Shown in pieces: positions 19,548-29,232 of a DNA stretch of 64,000 nucleotides; position 1 is the stretch's first letter; each line of letters begins with the position of its first letter. Source of the stretch: an uncultured Acidobacteriota bacterium. Its GTDB lineage: Bacteria > Actinomycetota > Acidimicrobiia > Spongiisociales > ZC4RG35. The stretch is taken from positions 471,736-535,735 of the forward strand of contig CAWBJJ010000002.1 in assembly GCA_963789135.1 (NCBI GenBank), read 5' to 3'. Position numbers and translations under genes: made by a program. Under the pieces are notes generated by a model. That model was not told the origin of the DNA. It ran no database searches and saw only the letters and a list, made by a program, of their open reading frames with translations.

Positions 19548-22191
19548 GAGCGGCCTGCGCGGCCGCGAGTCGGGCACCCTCGATACGGGGCGGGCTGCAG
19601 GAGACGTAGTCCAGTCCCAACTCCTGTACGAAAGCGATCGACTTCGGGTCGCCGCCATGCTCCCCGCAGAGCCCGACCACCAGGGCGGGGTTGGCCTCCC
19701 GCCCCTCCTTCGCCGCCAGTCGAACAAGTCGTCCCACTCCAGAGCGGTCCAGGGTCTGGAAGGGGTCGCTGGAGAAGATTCCCTGCTCGAGGTAGTCACG
19801 GAGGAACAGCCCCTCCGCGTCGTCCCGGCTCAACCCGAAGGTCATCTGGGTCAGGTCGTTGGTCCCGAATGAGAAGAAGTCGGCGACGGTGGCGATCGGT
19901 CCTGCGGTGAGGGCCGCCCGGGGGAGCTCGATCATCGTGCCCACCGGGACCTGCAGCGCGATCCCCGAGTGGCCGACGGCCCGAGCGACCTCCTCCTCGA
20001 TGACCTCACGCATCCTGATCAACTCCTCGACGTCGGCGACCAAGGGGATCATGATCTCGAGATGTGGGTCGCCACCCGCCTCGATCCGCCTCACGAGTGC
20101 CTGTGCGGCGGCCCGTGCCTGCATCCGGTACAGATCATCGACCATCAGCCCGAGCCGCACGCCCCGCAGCCCGAGCATGGGGTTGGTCTCCTCCCATTTC
20201 GCCACCTGGTCTGACATGGCTTGGAGGTCGTCGATCGGTCGCCCGTCCTTCGCCCGATTGCGCATCTCGTGCTCCAGGTCGAGGCGTGATGGCAGAAACT
20301 CGTGTAGCGGGGGGTCGAGAAGCCTGATCACCACAGGAAGGCCGTCCATCGCTTCCAGGAGCCCTTCGAAGTCGCCAACCTGCAGCTTCTCCAACTCCTC
20401 GAGGGCGGTTTGTCTCCGCGCCGGATCGTCGGAGAGGATGATCTCTTGGACGACCGTGAGCCGCTCGCCGAGGAACATGTGCTCGGTGCGGGCCAGGCCG
20501 ATCCCTTCGGCTCCTCTCTCCCGGGCCTGCCGGGCGTCGTCAGCCACGTCAGCATTGGCCCGAATTCCAAGGTCTCGAATCTCGTCTGCCCAGTCCAGGA
20601 GTTCTGCCAGCTCTGGGATCGTCTCCGGTTCGACGAGGTCGACCGCTCCTAGGAAGATCGCCCCGCTGGTGCCGTCGATGGTGACGAGGTCGCCGGCGTG
20701 GAACTCACGGCCTCCAGCGGTCGCCTTTCCGGCGCCTGAATCCACAGCCAGCGCGGCGACCCCGGTGACGGCCGGCTTTCCCATCCCCCTGGCAACCACC
20801 GCGGCATGTGACGTCTTTCCGCCCTGGCTGGTGAGGATCCCGACCGAGGCGATCATCCCGTGGATGTCGTCGGGAGTGGTCTCGGATCGGACCAATATCA
20901 CTGCCTCGCCTTCCAGCGCGCCGGCCACCGCCTCCTCGGACGAGAAAACGGCTCGCCCCGTCGCGGCCCCTGGCGATGCTGCTACTCCGCCGGCGATGGA
21001 AGAGCTGCGGAGCACGTGATCGGCGATTCGGGGCCGGTACAACTGCTCAAGGGACGCCGGGTCAACCCGACCCACCGCGGTCTGGCGGTCGATCAGCCCC
21101 TCCCCGACCATGCCCACCGCCATGCGCACGGCGGCAGGGGCGGTCCGCTTCCCGGCGCGGGTCTGAAGGATGTAGAGGACGCCCTTCTCGATCGTGAACT
21201 CGATGTCACACATGTCCCGGTAGTGGTGTTCCAGGCCTTCCATGATCCCGATCAACTGCCGATGGCAGTCGGGGTGAAGCCCGGCAAGATCATCGAGGGA
21301 CAGGGCATTGCGGATTCCAGCCACCACGTCCTCGCCCTGAGCCCGTGGCAGATAGTCGCCGTAGATGACCCGTGACCCGGTGGAGGGGTCACGGGTGAAG
21401 GCGACACCGGTGCCGGAATCCTCTCCAAGGTCGCCGAACACCATCATTTGGACATTGGCTGCGGTACCCAGGTCATCGGGGATCGAGTTGATTCGCCGGT
21501 ATTCGATTGCACGCTTCGTGTTCCACGATTCGAAGACCGCGGTGATCGCTCCCTCGAGTTGGTCCATCGGGTTTGCCGGCAACTGGCCCGGCCTCTCCTC
21601 TTTCACGATGGCCTGGAAGCGGCGGGTGGCGGACTCCAGGTCGCCTGCGGTCAGTCCGGAATCGTCTGCGACGCCTGCGGTTTCCCTCAACTCGGTGAGC
21701 ACCGCCTGGAATCGACCCGAGTCCACGCCGAGGACCACGTCGCCGTACATCTGGACGAAGCGGCGATAGGCGTCCCAGGCGAAATGACCATCAGCCGACC
21801 AGGCGGAGAGGGCGTCGACGACATCGTCGTTCACTCCGAGGTTGAGGATGGTGTCCATCATTCCCGGCATCGAGAACTTGGCCCCGGAACGCACCGAGAG
21901 CAGCATCGGGACAGGGCCTGACCCGAAGGTTCGGCGGGTCTTCTCCTCCAAGCGGTGCACCGCCGTCTCGACTTCATCCCAGAGATCGGCCGGCACCTGA
22001 CCATCCGTCATGGTGAGGCGACATACCTCGGTGGTGATGGTGAATCCGGGTGGCACCGGGAGGCCGAGGGAGGTCATGCGGGCCAACCCCGCCCCCTTCC
22101 CACCGAGCAGGTCGCGGTCCGAGCCATCGGTTGATGCGAAGTCGTGGAGATAGGGCAAGGTCCCGGCTTCCCTCGTGGCGAACGTCGTCAA
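19525..22191 (-). CDS. ppdK: Pyruvate, phosphate dikinase
   Basis: 888 aa. LLGGKGAGLARM, phospho-His region TSQGGKTSHAAVVARGMG and C-terminal PEP-utilising domain (GLCGEHGGDP). TTG start. Confidence 0.95.
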   Translation of the reverse strand: MTTFATREAGTLPYLHDFASTDGSDRDLLGGKGAGLARMTSLGLPVPPGFTITTEVCRLTMTDGQVPADLWDEVETAVHRLEEKTRRTFGSGPVPMLLSVRSGAKFSMPGMMDTILNLGVNDDVVDALSAWSADGHFAWDAYRRFVQMYGDVVLGVDSGRFQAVLTELRETAGVADDSGLTAGDLESATRRFQAIVKEERPGQLPANPMDQLEGAITAVFESWNTKRAIEYRRINSIPDDLGTAANVQMMVFGDLGEDSGTGVAFTRDPSTGSRVIYGDYLPRAQGEDVVAGIRNALSLDDLAGLHPDCHRQLIGIMEGLEHHYRDMCDIEFTIEKGVLYILQTRAGKRTAPAAVRMAVGMVGEGLIDRQTAVGRVDPASLEQLYRPRIADHVLRSSSIAGGVAASPGAATGRAVFSSEEAVAGALEGEAVILVRSETTPDDIHGMIASVGILTSQGGKTSHAAVVARGMGKPAVTGVAALAVDSGAGKATAGGREFHAGDLVTIDGTSGAIFLGAVDLVEPETIPELAELLDWADEIRDLGIRANADVADDARQARERGAEGIGLARTEHMFLGERLTVVQEIILSDDPARRQTALEELEKLQVGDFEGLLEAMDGLPVVIRLLDPPLHEFLPSRLDLEHEMRNRAKDGRPIDDLQAMSDQVAKWEETNPMLGLRGVRLGLMVDDLYRMQARAAAQALVRRIEAGGDPHLEIMIPLVADVEELIRMREVIEEEVARAVGHSGIALQVPVGTMIELPRAALTAGPIATVADFFSFGTNDLTQMTFGLSRDDAEGLFLRDYLEQGIFSSDPFQTLDRSGVGRLVRLAAKEGREANPALVVGLCGEHGGDPKSIAFVQELGLDYVSCSPPRIEGARLAAAQAALSQGIVD

Positions 22192-22312
22192 GCTAACGAT
22201 TCGACATGGTTGTCACCGGTGCTCATCCTCGAAACAATGATCTCTCTTTCGTGGCATGGGCTCAGTGGTCGATGATTTGGTGGGTGAGCCCGTGCAGGGC
22301 GATGATCAGCAA

Positions 22313-22756
22313 ATGACCTCGCTCATCGAACGGGTTGATGGAGTTGTGATCCCCTTCCTTCAGCGATGGGGGGTTCCCACGCTGCGAATCTCACTCTCCA
22401 TCGTCTTCATCTGGTTCGGCGCGCTGAAGGTCCTCGGGGTCTCCCCCGTGGTCGATCTGGTGGCGTCGACGGTCTACTGGGTCGACCCCGGGTGGTTCGT
22501 ACCGGTGCTAGGCGTGGTCGAGGTCGCCGTGGGCGTGGGGCTGGCGGCGCGCTGGGGCCTTCGCCTGGTGCTCCTGGTGCTCGCGGCTCAGATGCTGGGC
22601 ACGTTCCTCGTGTTCATCTTCCTGCCTGATGTCGCCTTCCAGGACGGCAATCCTCTCAAACTCACCGTCGAGGGGGAGTTCGTCCTGAAGAACCTGGTTC
22701 TCCTCGCAGCCGCCATGGTGGTGGGCGCCAGCATCGGATCCGACGAGGAGGTCTAG
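22313..22756 (+). CDS. DUF417/DoxX-like integral membrane protein
   Basis: LRISLSIVFIWFGALKVLG... with four TM helices. ATG at 22313 is preferred over the upstream GTG. Confidence 0.6.
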   Translation: MTSLIERVDGVVIPFLQRWGVPTLRISLSIVFIWFGALKVLGVSPVVDLVASTVYWVDPGWFVPVLGVVEVAVGVGLAARWGLRLVLLVLAAQMLGTFLVFIFLPDVAFQDGNPLKLTVEGEFVLKNLVLLAAAMVVGASIGSDEEV

Positions 22757-23178
22757 GCGGCGTCGTCGACGACGAAGTTGAGCTGTACTCCCTCGCCGGT
22801 GAGGGTCAGGCTTTCCACCGTGGCGCTGAACTCAGTGACTTCGGCCATCGCGGCGAGGTACATGACTTCCGAGTCCATGACCTCGGCCGGCTCGCAGGCC
22901 ATCATCGTCGAGCCCATGTCGGTGAAACTGATCGACGTACCCTCGATCGTGTAGCCACCGAAATAGGTGTTGCATCCGGAGGCACCACCGACTGACTCTT
23001 CATCGAAGACAAGGGTGATCGGGTGGTCTTCGACGATCGGGATCTCCTCGTCGTTCAGAGTGCCCGACTCCAGGCTCCAAGCGAACTCAGTGGGATCGGC
23101 AGCGGCCTCCTCCGAAGGCTCGGCACAGGCGGAGAGGAGCATTCCGATAACGGCGATGAGGAGTAGGGCTCGTTTCAT
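22753..23178 (-). CDS. META-domain (HslJ-like) lipoprotein
   Basis: Lipobox LLSAC, then GGASGCNTYFGGYTIEG...MGSTMMAC, typical of META/DUF306. Confidence 0.75.
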   Translation of the reverse strand: MKRALLLIAVIGMLLSACAEPSEEAAADPTEFAWSLESGTLNDEEIPIVEDHPITLVFDEESVGGASGCNTYFGGYTIEGTSISFTDMGSTMMACEPAEVMDSEVMYLAAMAEVTEFSATVESLTLTGEGVQLNFVVDDAA

Positions 23179-23216
23179 GGTTCTTCGACGCTACACGTGT
23201 CAATTTGGGTCCCGAT

Positions 23217-24095
23217 TCACAGCGCAGCGCCGACGGCCAGTGCCAGCCCGGTCCAGAGGTGCAAGCGGCCATTGAGCACCAGGGCACGGATCAAGGAGGG
23301 ACCATCGCTGCTGTTGCGCACCACCCGCACCGGAGCTGCGGCCAGCGGCAGCATCACGAGAGCGAGAAGTGTGGGTAAAGGGGTCCAACCCGCCACGGCG
23401 AAAAGGGCGATCGCCGAGTAGGCGCCGTAGACCAGGCCCGCGTAAAGGTTGCGGGTCGACCTCTCGCCGATGATGACCGTCAGCGTCCGCTTGCCCGCCT
23501 CGCGGTCGGTGTCGATGTCTCGCAGGTTGTTGACCACCAGAAGCGCGCTCGCCATGAGCCCAACCGGCACGGCGAGCAGCCAGGCGTCCAACGGAGCGCT
23601 CATGTCGTAGACATACCGGGTGCCCACCGTGGCAACCAGACCAAAGAAGACGAACACGAACACCTCTCCGAGCCCGTGGTACCCGTACGGGAATGGCCCG
23701 CCGACGTATCCGAGCATTGCCAGCAGGGAAACGATCCCGATCACGACCACGATCGGCCCGGCGAGGAGTGCGAGGCCGACGCCGGCTAGCCCGGCTACGG
23801 CCACCGACACCCACACACCGGCCCACATCTGACCGGGGCTGATCTGGCCCAGCGCCACCATCCGGGGAGGGCCCACCCGCTGGGGACTGTCAGCGCCACG
23901 GTGCGCATCGGAGACGTCGTTTGCGAAGTTCGCCGCCACCTGGATGGAAAGGGCGGCAATCAGTGCCAGGACAAAGGCATCCCACCTAAAGACCCCGTTG
24001 CCAATGGCAAGACCGGTCCCTACGGCAACCGGGACGATCGCCGCGGGAAGGGTGTGGACCCGCGCGGCCGTCCTCCAGGCTTGGACCGTGGTCAC
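23217..24095 (-). CDS. menA: 1,4-dihydroxy-2-naphthoate polyprenyltransferase
   Basis: UbiA-fold membrane protein. NFANDVSDAHRGAD and NNLRDIDTDREAGKRTL motifs. Confidence 0.9.
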   Translation of the reverse strand: MTTVQAWRTAARVHTLPAAIVPVAVGTGLAIGNGVFRWDAFVLALIAALSIQVAANFANDVSDAHRGADSPQRVGPPRMVALGQISPGQMWAGVWVSVAVAGLAGVGLALLAGPIVVVIGIVSLLAMLGYVGGPFPYGYHGLGEVFVFVFFGLVATVGTRYVYDMSAPLDAWLLAVPVGLMASALLVVNNLRDIDTDREAGKRTLTVIIGERSTRNLYAGLVYGAYSAIALFAVAGWTPLPTLLALVMLPLAAAPVRVVRNSSDGPSLIRALVLNGRLHLWTGLALAVGAAL

Positions 24096-24099
24096 CCGC

Positions 24100-24999
24100 T
24101 TAGAAGTGCCAGGGGTAAGGGCTGAAATCGGGCTCGCGCCGCTCCAAGAACGCGTCCCTGCCCTCGCCCGCTTCGTCGGTCATGTAGCCGAGCCTCGTAG
24201 CCTCCCCGGCGAAGATTTGCTGGCCGACCAGACCGTCGTCGATCAGGTTGAAGGCGAACTTGAGCATGCGCTGGGAAGTTGGGCTCTTCCTCGTGATCTC
24301 GGCTCCCCACTCCAGCGCCACTTTCTCCAACTCCTCGTGCGGCACCACTGCGTTGACCATCCCCATCTCGTGGGCTTCCCGAGCCGAATAGCTGCGCCCG
24401 AGGAAAAAGATCTCTCGGGCCCGCTTCTGCCCTACCTGGCGGGCCAGGTAGGCAGACCCGTATCCCGCGTCATAGGAGGCGACATCGGCGTCGGTCTGCT
24501 TGAAGAGGGCGTGCTCCTCGGAAGCGATGGTCAGGTCGCACACCACGTGGAGGCTGTGGCCTCCTCCCACGGCCCAACCCGGGACTACTGCGATCACCAC
24601 CTTCGGCATGAACCTGATCAACCTCTGCACTTCCAGGATGTGGAGGCGGCCGACCCGGGCGGGGTCGACTGAGTCAGCTTCTTCGCCTTCGGCGTACCTG
24701 TACCCGTCGCGGCCCCGGATCCTCTGGTCGCCTCCGGAGGAGAATGCCCAACCTCCGTCCTTTGTCGACGGCCCGTTGCCGGTGAGCAATACACAACCGA
24801 CGTCTGTGGTCTGTCGAGCGTGGTCGAGGGCGGTGAACAACTCGTCGACCGTCTGGGGTCGAAATGCGTTTCTCACGTCCGGGCGATCGATGGCCACCCG
24901 GACCACCCCTGCCGCTTTGGCGCGGTGATAGGTCACATCGGTAAATTCGAAGTTCGGGACCTGGTCCCAGACCGATGGATCGAATATCTCGGATACCAC
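24100..24999 (-). CDS. menB: 1,4-dihydroxy-2-naphthoyl-CoA synthase
   Basis: Crotonase fold. NAFRPQTVDEL, AFSSGGDQ, VPGWAVGGGHSLHVVCD and a C-terminal PDFSPYPW. The start is uncertain: GTG at 24999 or TTG at 25005. Confidence 0.9.
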   Translation of the reverse strand: MVSEIFDPSVWDQVPNFEFTDVTYHRAKAAGVVRVAIDRPDVRNAFRPQTVDELFTALDHARQTTDVGCVLLTGNGPSTKDGGWAFSSGGDQRIRGRDGYRYAEGEEADSVDPARVGRLHILEVQRLIRFMPKVVIAVVPGWAVGGGHSLHVVCDLTIASEEHALFKQTDADVASYDAGYGSAYLARQVGQKRAREIFFLGRSYSAREAHEMGMVNAVVPHEELEKVALEWGAEITRKSPTSQRMLKFAFNLIDDGLVGQQIFAGEATRLGYMTDEAGEGRDAFLERREPDFSPYPWHF

Positions 25000-25030
25000 G
25001 GGCAATGAGGATAAGAGGCACAACCGAGAA

Positions 25031-26227
25031 GTGATCGATTGGCTAGCGATGCAGGATCCGCGACGGGTCTTTCTGGAGACTCCCACCGGCTCCTACACAT
25101 TCGGCGAGATGGTCGAGTCGATCCACTACCGACCGGCTAGCGGGGTAGAGGTCCTGCGCCCGCGCCTCGACGCCGGCTCGGTGGTGGATGTCCTCGCGGT
25201 CATGGCTCGTGGGACCGCGGTCCTCGCCGGCCCTGACGAGGAGACGCCCGAGGTCACCGAGGCCAATGGCGCAGTGACGGTGATATCCACCTCGGGCACC
25301 ACCGGAGGGCCCAAGGGTGTCCGCCTCACCAGGGGAAACTGGGAAGCGGCGGCACGGGCCTCGCAGCAGCATCTCGGAAACGACGCCAGTGACGTCTGGC
25401 TGCTCACGATGGGTCTGCACCGTGTCGGCGGGCTCGCAGTCATCCTCCGCACGGCGCTGACTGGCGGAAGGGTCCGCATCGTCCCCAGGTTCGATGCCAG
25501 AGAGATCGCCGCCGCACTGCGCACTGACGTGACCTTCGCCTCACTCGTGCCGACGATGCTGCAGCGGATCCTCGAGATCCACCCCGGGCCGTATTCCGGA
25601 GTCCGCGCCGTTCTCGTCGGCGGCGGCCTGATACCCGATGGCCTCCTGGATCGGGCATCGCGTGCCGGGCTCCCGGTGCTGGCCAGCTACGGCATGACCG
25701 AGACCTGCGGGCAGGTCGCCACCGCCAAGCCCGGGTACGCCGCCGATCGACGGATCCGTCCCCTGCCGGGCGTCGAGCTGCGGATCGAGCGCGATGGGCG
25801 GATCGCGGTGCGCGGTCCGATGGTCTCTCCGGGGTACGTGGGCGAGCCCGACCGTACGAGGGATGCGTGGTTCATCACTGGGGACTTCGGCGAGCTGGAG
25901 CCAGGAGGGTCGGTGCGGGTCCTGGGCCGGGCGGACGACGTGATCGTTAGCGGCGGGCAGAACATCAATCCGGTGGTGATCGAGGATGCGCTACTTGGCA
26001 TACCGGGTGTCGATCAGGCGCTGGTCTGCGGCGTCCCCAGCCCCGAGTGGGGGATGGAGGTGGCTTGCGCCTATGCCGGCGACCTCGCCGCCGCCGCCGT
26101 GGAGGAGGCTCTCCGCAGGAAACTGTCCGGTGCACTGATACCGAAGCGCTGGTTGAAGGCCGAGAGCATCCCGCTGACGGACCTGGGCAAGCCGGACCGC
26201 GGCGAGGTGATCCGCTGGTTCAGCTGA
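25031..26227 (+). CDS. menE: o-Succinylbenzoate--CoA ligase
   Basis: AMP-binding motifs STSGTTGGPKGV, YGMTETCG, GDFGELEPGG and GKPDR. Adjacent and divergent to menB. Confidence 0.85.
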   Translation: MIDWLAMQDPRRVFLETPTGSYTFGEMVESIHYRPASGVEVLRPRLDAGSVVDVLAVMARGTAVLAGPDEETPEVTEANGAVTVISTSGTTGGPKGVRLTRGNWEAAARASQQHLGNDASDVWLLTMGLHRVGGLAVILRTALTGGRVRIVPRFDAREIAAALRTDVTFASLVPTMLQRILEIHPGPYSGVRAVLVGGGLIPDGLLDRASRAGLPVLASYGMTETCGQVATAKPGYAADRRIRPLPGVELRIERDGRIAVRGPMVSPGYVGEPDRTRDAWFITGDFGELEPGGSVRVLGRADDVIVSGGQNINPVVIEDALLGIPGVDQALVCGVPSPEWGMEVACAYAGDLAAAAVEEALRRKLSGALIPKRWLKAESIPLTDLGKPDRGEVIRWFS

Positions 26228-26867
26228 CCCGTCGGGCGATGAGAACACCCTGGCGCAGGGGCACGGCGACGCACACGAAGTCGGGATCGGCTGCAACCTG
26301 ACGGTTGAAGGGGTCGGTCCCGTGTCCCTCGTCGATCCAACCGTCGCCGGTCCCGTACACGTTGTCGGCCAACACCAGGCCGCCCACGGCAATGAGCGGC
26401 CGGGCGATGGTGAAGTACTCCGAATACTCGCGCTTGACGGCGTCGATGAACAGCACGTCGACGCTCCCCGGCTCCAACTCGGCAGCGAGCTCCCCGAGCG
26501 TCTCGACCCCGGCGCCGCGCCGCACCTCGATTCGATCGGACACCCCGGCTCGGTCAAATTGCCGGCGGGCGAACTCGGCATGACGTTCCTCGATCTCGAT
26601 TGTGATCAGGCGCCCTCCAGGGCTCAGCCCTCGAGCTATCCATATCGCCGAATACCCGGCGAGGGTCCCGACCTCGATCGCCAATCGGCCGTCGGTCATC
26701 GAAGTCAGGATCTGGAGGAGGCGGCCCACGTCGGCGCTCACTGCGATGTCGGGCAAGCCCACGTCAACGGCCTCTTCCATGAGACCGGCCATGTGCTCGT
26801 CTTCGGATCCGAAGACCTCCTGGGAGTACCCCTCGAGGAATTCCCAGCGCTCTGGTGTCATCGACAT
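26220..26867 (-). CDS. Class I SAM-dependent O-methyltransferase (caffeoyl-CoA OMT-like)
   Basis: EVGTLAGYSAIWIARGL, LITIEI, VLFIDAVKREY and GGLVLADNV. Confidence 0.8.
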   Translation of the reverse strand: MSMTPERWEFLEGYSQEVFGSEDEHMAGLMEEAVDVGLPDIAVSADVGRLLQILTSMTDGRLAIEVGTLAGYSAIWIARGLSPGGRLITIEIEERHAEFARRQFDRAGVSDRIEVRRGAGVETLGELAAELEPGSVDVLFIDAVKREYSEYFTIARPLIAVGGLVLADNVYGTGDGWIDEGHGTDPFNRQVAADPDFVCVAVPLRQGVLIARRVS

Positions 26868-26877
26868 GGTTGCGACC

Positions 26878-27288
26878 CTATTCCTCGCTCGAAGGGCGCC
26901 GGCGGCCTCGCTTGACCTCGCTTCGGGCACGTTTCTCCGAAAGTCGCTCGTGATGTGCCTTCTTGCCTGGCTTGGTCTTCTTTCGTGGCGTGGCCTCCAC
27001 CAGAGCCGCTTCCAGTCGCTCGGCAAGGCGCTCTCTGGCGATCTCGCGGTTGCGCCACTGCGAGCGGGTGTCCGAGGCCGTGACCTCGATCCTGGGGCCC
27101 AAACGGGCGGCGAGTTTCTCCTTCACGGGAGCCGGAAACGAGGAGCCGCCTATCTCGAAGCGCAGCGTGACCGCAGTCTCGTTGCGATTGGCGTGTTGCC
27201 CGCCGGGGCCGCCGGATGTGTCGAATCGTTCCTCGAGCTCGGACTCGGGGATCGGCCATCCGTCGACAGTGATCCCCTCGCCGATCAC
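26878..27288 (-). CDS. arfB: Alternative ribosome-rescue factor ArfB (peptidyl-tRNA hydrolase, RF-1 domain)
   Basis: GGQ motif (SGGPGGQHANRNETAV) and a basic C-terminal tail (KKTKPGKKAHHERLSEKRARSEVKRGRRR). GTG in a GTGA overlap with the ino1 stop. Confidence 0.85.
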   Translation of the reverse strand: MIGEGITVDGWPIPESELEERFDTSGGPGGQHANRNETAVTLRFEIGGSSFPAPVKEKLAARLGPRIEVTASDTRSQWRNREIARERLAERLEAALVEATPRKKTKPGKKAHHERLSEKRARSEVKRGRRRPSSEE

Positions 27289-28607
27289 ATCTCGGCGTAG
27301 TACTCGGTGCCGAGGTGGGTGATCAGTTCCTCACCCATCATGTGGCGGAGGTTGTTCTTGAGCTTCGTGTGCTGGATGAACAGGTCGTTCTCCGGGTAGA
27401 GGCCGTCTCCGTGCTGTGGGCTCTTGAAATAGAACGAGAGCCACTCCTGCACTCCACTGCGCCCGGCTCGGGCAGACAGGTCCATGAATAGGGCGAGGTC
27501 GAGGACGATCGGGGCGGCAAGGATCGAGTCCTTGCACAGGAAATCGATCTTGATCTGCATCGGGTAGCCGAGCCATCCGAAGATGTCGATGCTGTCCCAA
27601 CCCTCCTTGTCGTCCCCCTTTGGCGGGTAATAGTTGATCCTGACCTTGTGATAGAGGTCGCCGTAGAGCTCGGGGTAGAGCTCAGGCTGCAGGATTTGCT
27701 CCAGGACACCGAGCTTCGAGACCTCCTTGGACCGGAAGCTGTCCGGGTCGTCGAGCACTTCGCCGTCACGGTTGCCCAGGATGTTGGTGGAGAACCAGCC
27801 TCTGATCCCGAGCATGCGTGCCTTGAGCCCGGGTGCGACCATCGTCTTCATCAGGGTCTGTCCGGTCTTGAAGTCCTTGCCCGAGATCGGAACTCTCTCC
27901 TCGGCGGCGAGTTGGACCATCGCCGGAACATCGACGGTGAGATTGGGGGCACCGTTGGCGAAGGGAACACCCATCTTCAGGGCGGCATACGCGTAGATCT
28001 GAGATGGGGTGATCGTGGGATCGCTCTCCTTCAGCCCCTTGACGAACGAGTCCAGATCGGCATGGACCGCGGAGGGCTCTCGATAGGCCTCGGTCGACCC
28101 GCACCACACCATGACAAGCCGCTCGACCGCCTTCTCGGATCGGAAGCGGTCGATGTCCTCCATCAGCTTCTCGGCGAGGTCCATGTAGTTGGTCCCCTCC
28201 TTGACCTGATCGACTCCTTCGAGGTTCTTGACCCAGTCTTCCGAGAAGACCGCGCTGTACGGCTTGACCGATCGCAACTCGTCCCCGATCCCTTCGATGT
28301 GCCGCGGATCGAGCACCCCGGCCTTCATGGCCGATGTGTAGGCATCGTCGGAGTAGGGATCCCAGCCCCCGAATTCCAGGTCGTCGAGCCCGGCTAGAGG
28401 CACGAAGTCGCGTATCAGCGGATTGCGTTGATCGGTGCGCTGCCCGAGGCGGATGTGGGACATCTGGGACAGCGAGCCAAAAGGCTGGGCGTATCCCTTG
28501 CGAGCCGAGAGCACTCCCGCGATGAACGTGGTGGAAACCGCACCCATGCCTGGGGTCAGGACCCCGAGCTTCCCGGTGGCAGGTGCGACTTGGGGTTTGT
28601 CTGTCAT
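27285..28607 (-). CDS. ino1: Inositol-3-phosphate synthase
   Basis: 440 aa. N-terminal NAD-binding GVLTPGMGAVSTTFIAG, then a C-terminal MIPS catalytic region (GQTLMKT...NILGNRDG). Confidence 0.85.
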   Translation of the reverse strand: MTDKPQVAPATGKLGVLTPGMGAVSTTFIAGVLSARKGYAQPFGSLSQMSHIRLGQRTDQRNPLIRDFVPLAGLDDLEFGGWDPYSDDAYTSAMKAGVLDPRHIEGIGDELRSVKPYSAVFSEDWVKNLEGVDQVKEGTNYMDLAEKLMEDIDRFRSEKAVERLVMVWCGSTEAYREPSAVHADLDSFVKGLKESDPTITPSQIYAYAALKMGVPFANGAPNLTVDVPAMVQLAAEERVPISGKDFKTGQTLMKTMVAPGLKARMLGIRGWFSTNILGNRDGEVLDDPDSFRSKEVSKLGVLEQILQPELYPELYGDLYHKVRINYYPPKGDDKEGWDSIDIFGWLGYPMQIKIDFLCKDSILAAPIVLDLALFMDLSARAGRSGVQEWLSFYFKSPQHGDGLYPENDLFIQHTKLKNNLRHMMGEELITHLGTEYYAEM

Positions 28608-28676
28608 CGGTCCTCCTGGGCGTGAACGATAGAAGCCAATGGAGGGCGACCGGAACCCGGGCGTAGGCTCCGAGCG

Positions 28677-29129
28677 GTGGACACCGCACCCGATTCGGTT
28701 GGCCCGACTGTCGATGTCGCCCTACTTGCCGATGCGGTGCAGGCGGTCCGAGGAAAGCTCTACGTCCTCGGCGGCGGGTGGGACACGCTGTGGGTCAGAT
28801 CGTTTCCGGCGCGTCATCCCAGTCTCGCGATCGGGCTCCGGATCCGGGTGCCTTCGTCCTGGGGAGAAGAGGTTCTCAAGGTGTCGGTCGAGCTCCAGGA
28901 CGCCGATGGCGCTCCGATGTTGCCCCAGCCGCTGGCGCACACTGTTCGGCTCCCAACCTCGAGCAGCGGGACCACCGACTACGGGCTCATCCGCTCCTTC
29001 ACGTTCAACAACCTCCTGTTCCGGTCCGAGGGCTCGTACTCGTTTGTGATCTCGGTCGATGACGAACCACTGTCCCGTCTCAGGTTTGCTGTGCGCTCTC
29101 GGCCCGGGGAGACCGGGCCCGCTGCATAG
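28677..29129 (+). CDS. Hypothetical protein
   Basis: 150-aa ORF with a GTG start and protein-like composition (VDVALLADAVQAVRGKLYVLGGGWDTLWV...). No family recognised with confidence. Confidence 0.5.
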   Translation: MDTAPDSVGPTVDVALLADAVQAVRGKLYVLGGGWDTLWVRSFPARHPSLAIGLRIRVPSSWGEEVLKVSVELQDADGAPMLPQPLAHTVRLPTSSSGTTDYGLIRSFTFNNLLFRSEGSYSFVISVDDEPLSRLRFAVRSRPGETGPAA

Positions 29130-29232
29130 CGCGATCTCGTGTTTGCATAGCGCGAGCACCTCCGTAGCCTGACCCGACTCCCCAGGGACACCAGGTAGGT
29201 CCCGTTCGTTTCATCTCAATCGGAGGGATTCC

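Noticed and set aside
18453-19799. 448-aa minus-strand ORF
   Set aside because: It is antisense to the nifU-like and meaB genes and has shadow-ORF composition with no recognisable motifs.
19859-21019. 386-aa plus-strand ORF, with similar ones at 20860-21375 and 21365-21921
   Set aside because: They are antisense to ppdK. Their Ser/Arg/Pro-rich composition marks them as shadow ORFs.
27766-28689. 307-aa minus-strand ORF, and the 249-aa + ORF at 27648-28397
   Set aside because: They are alternative-frame or antisense shadows of ino1.
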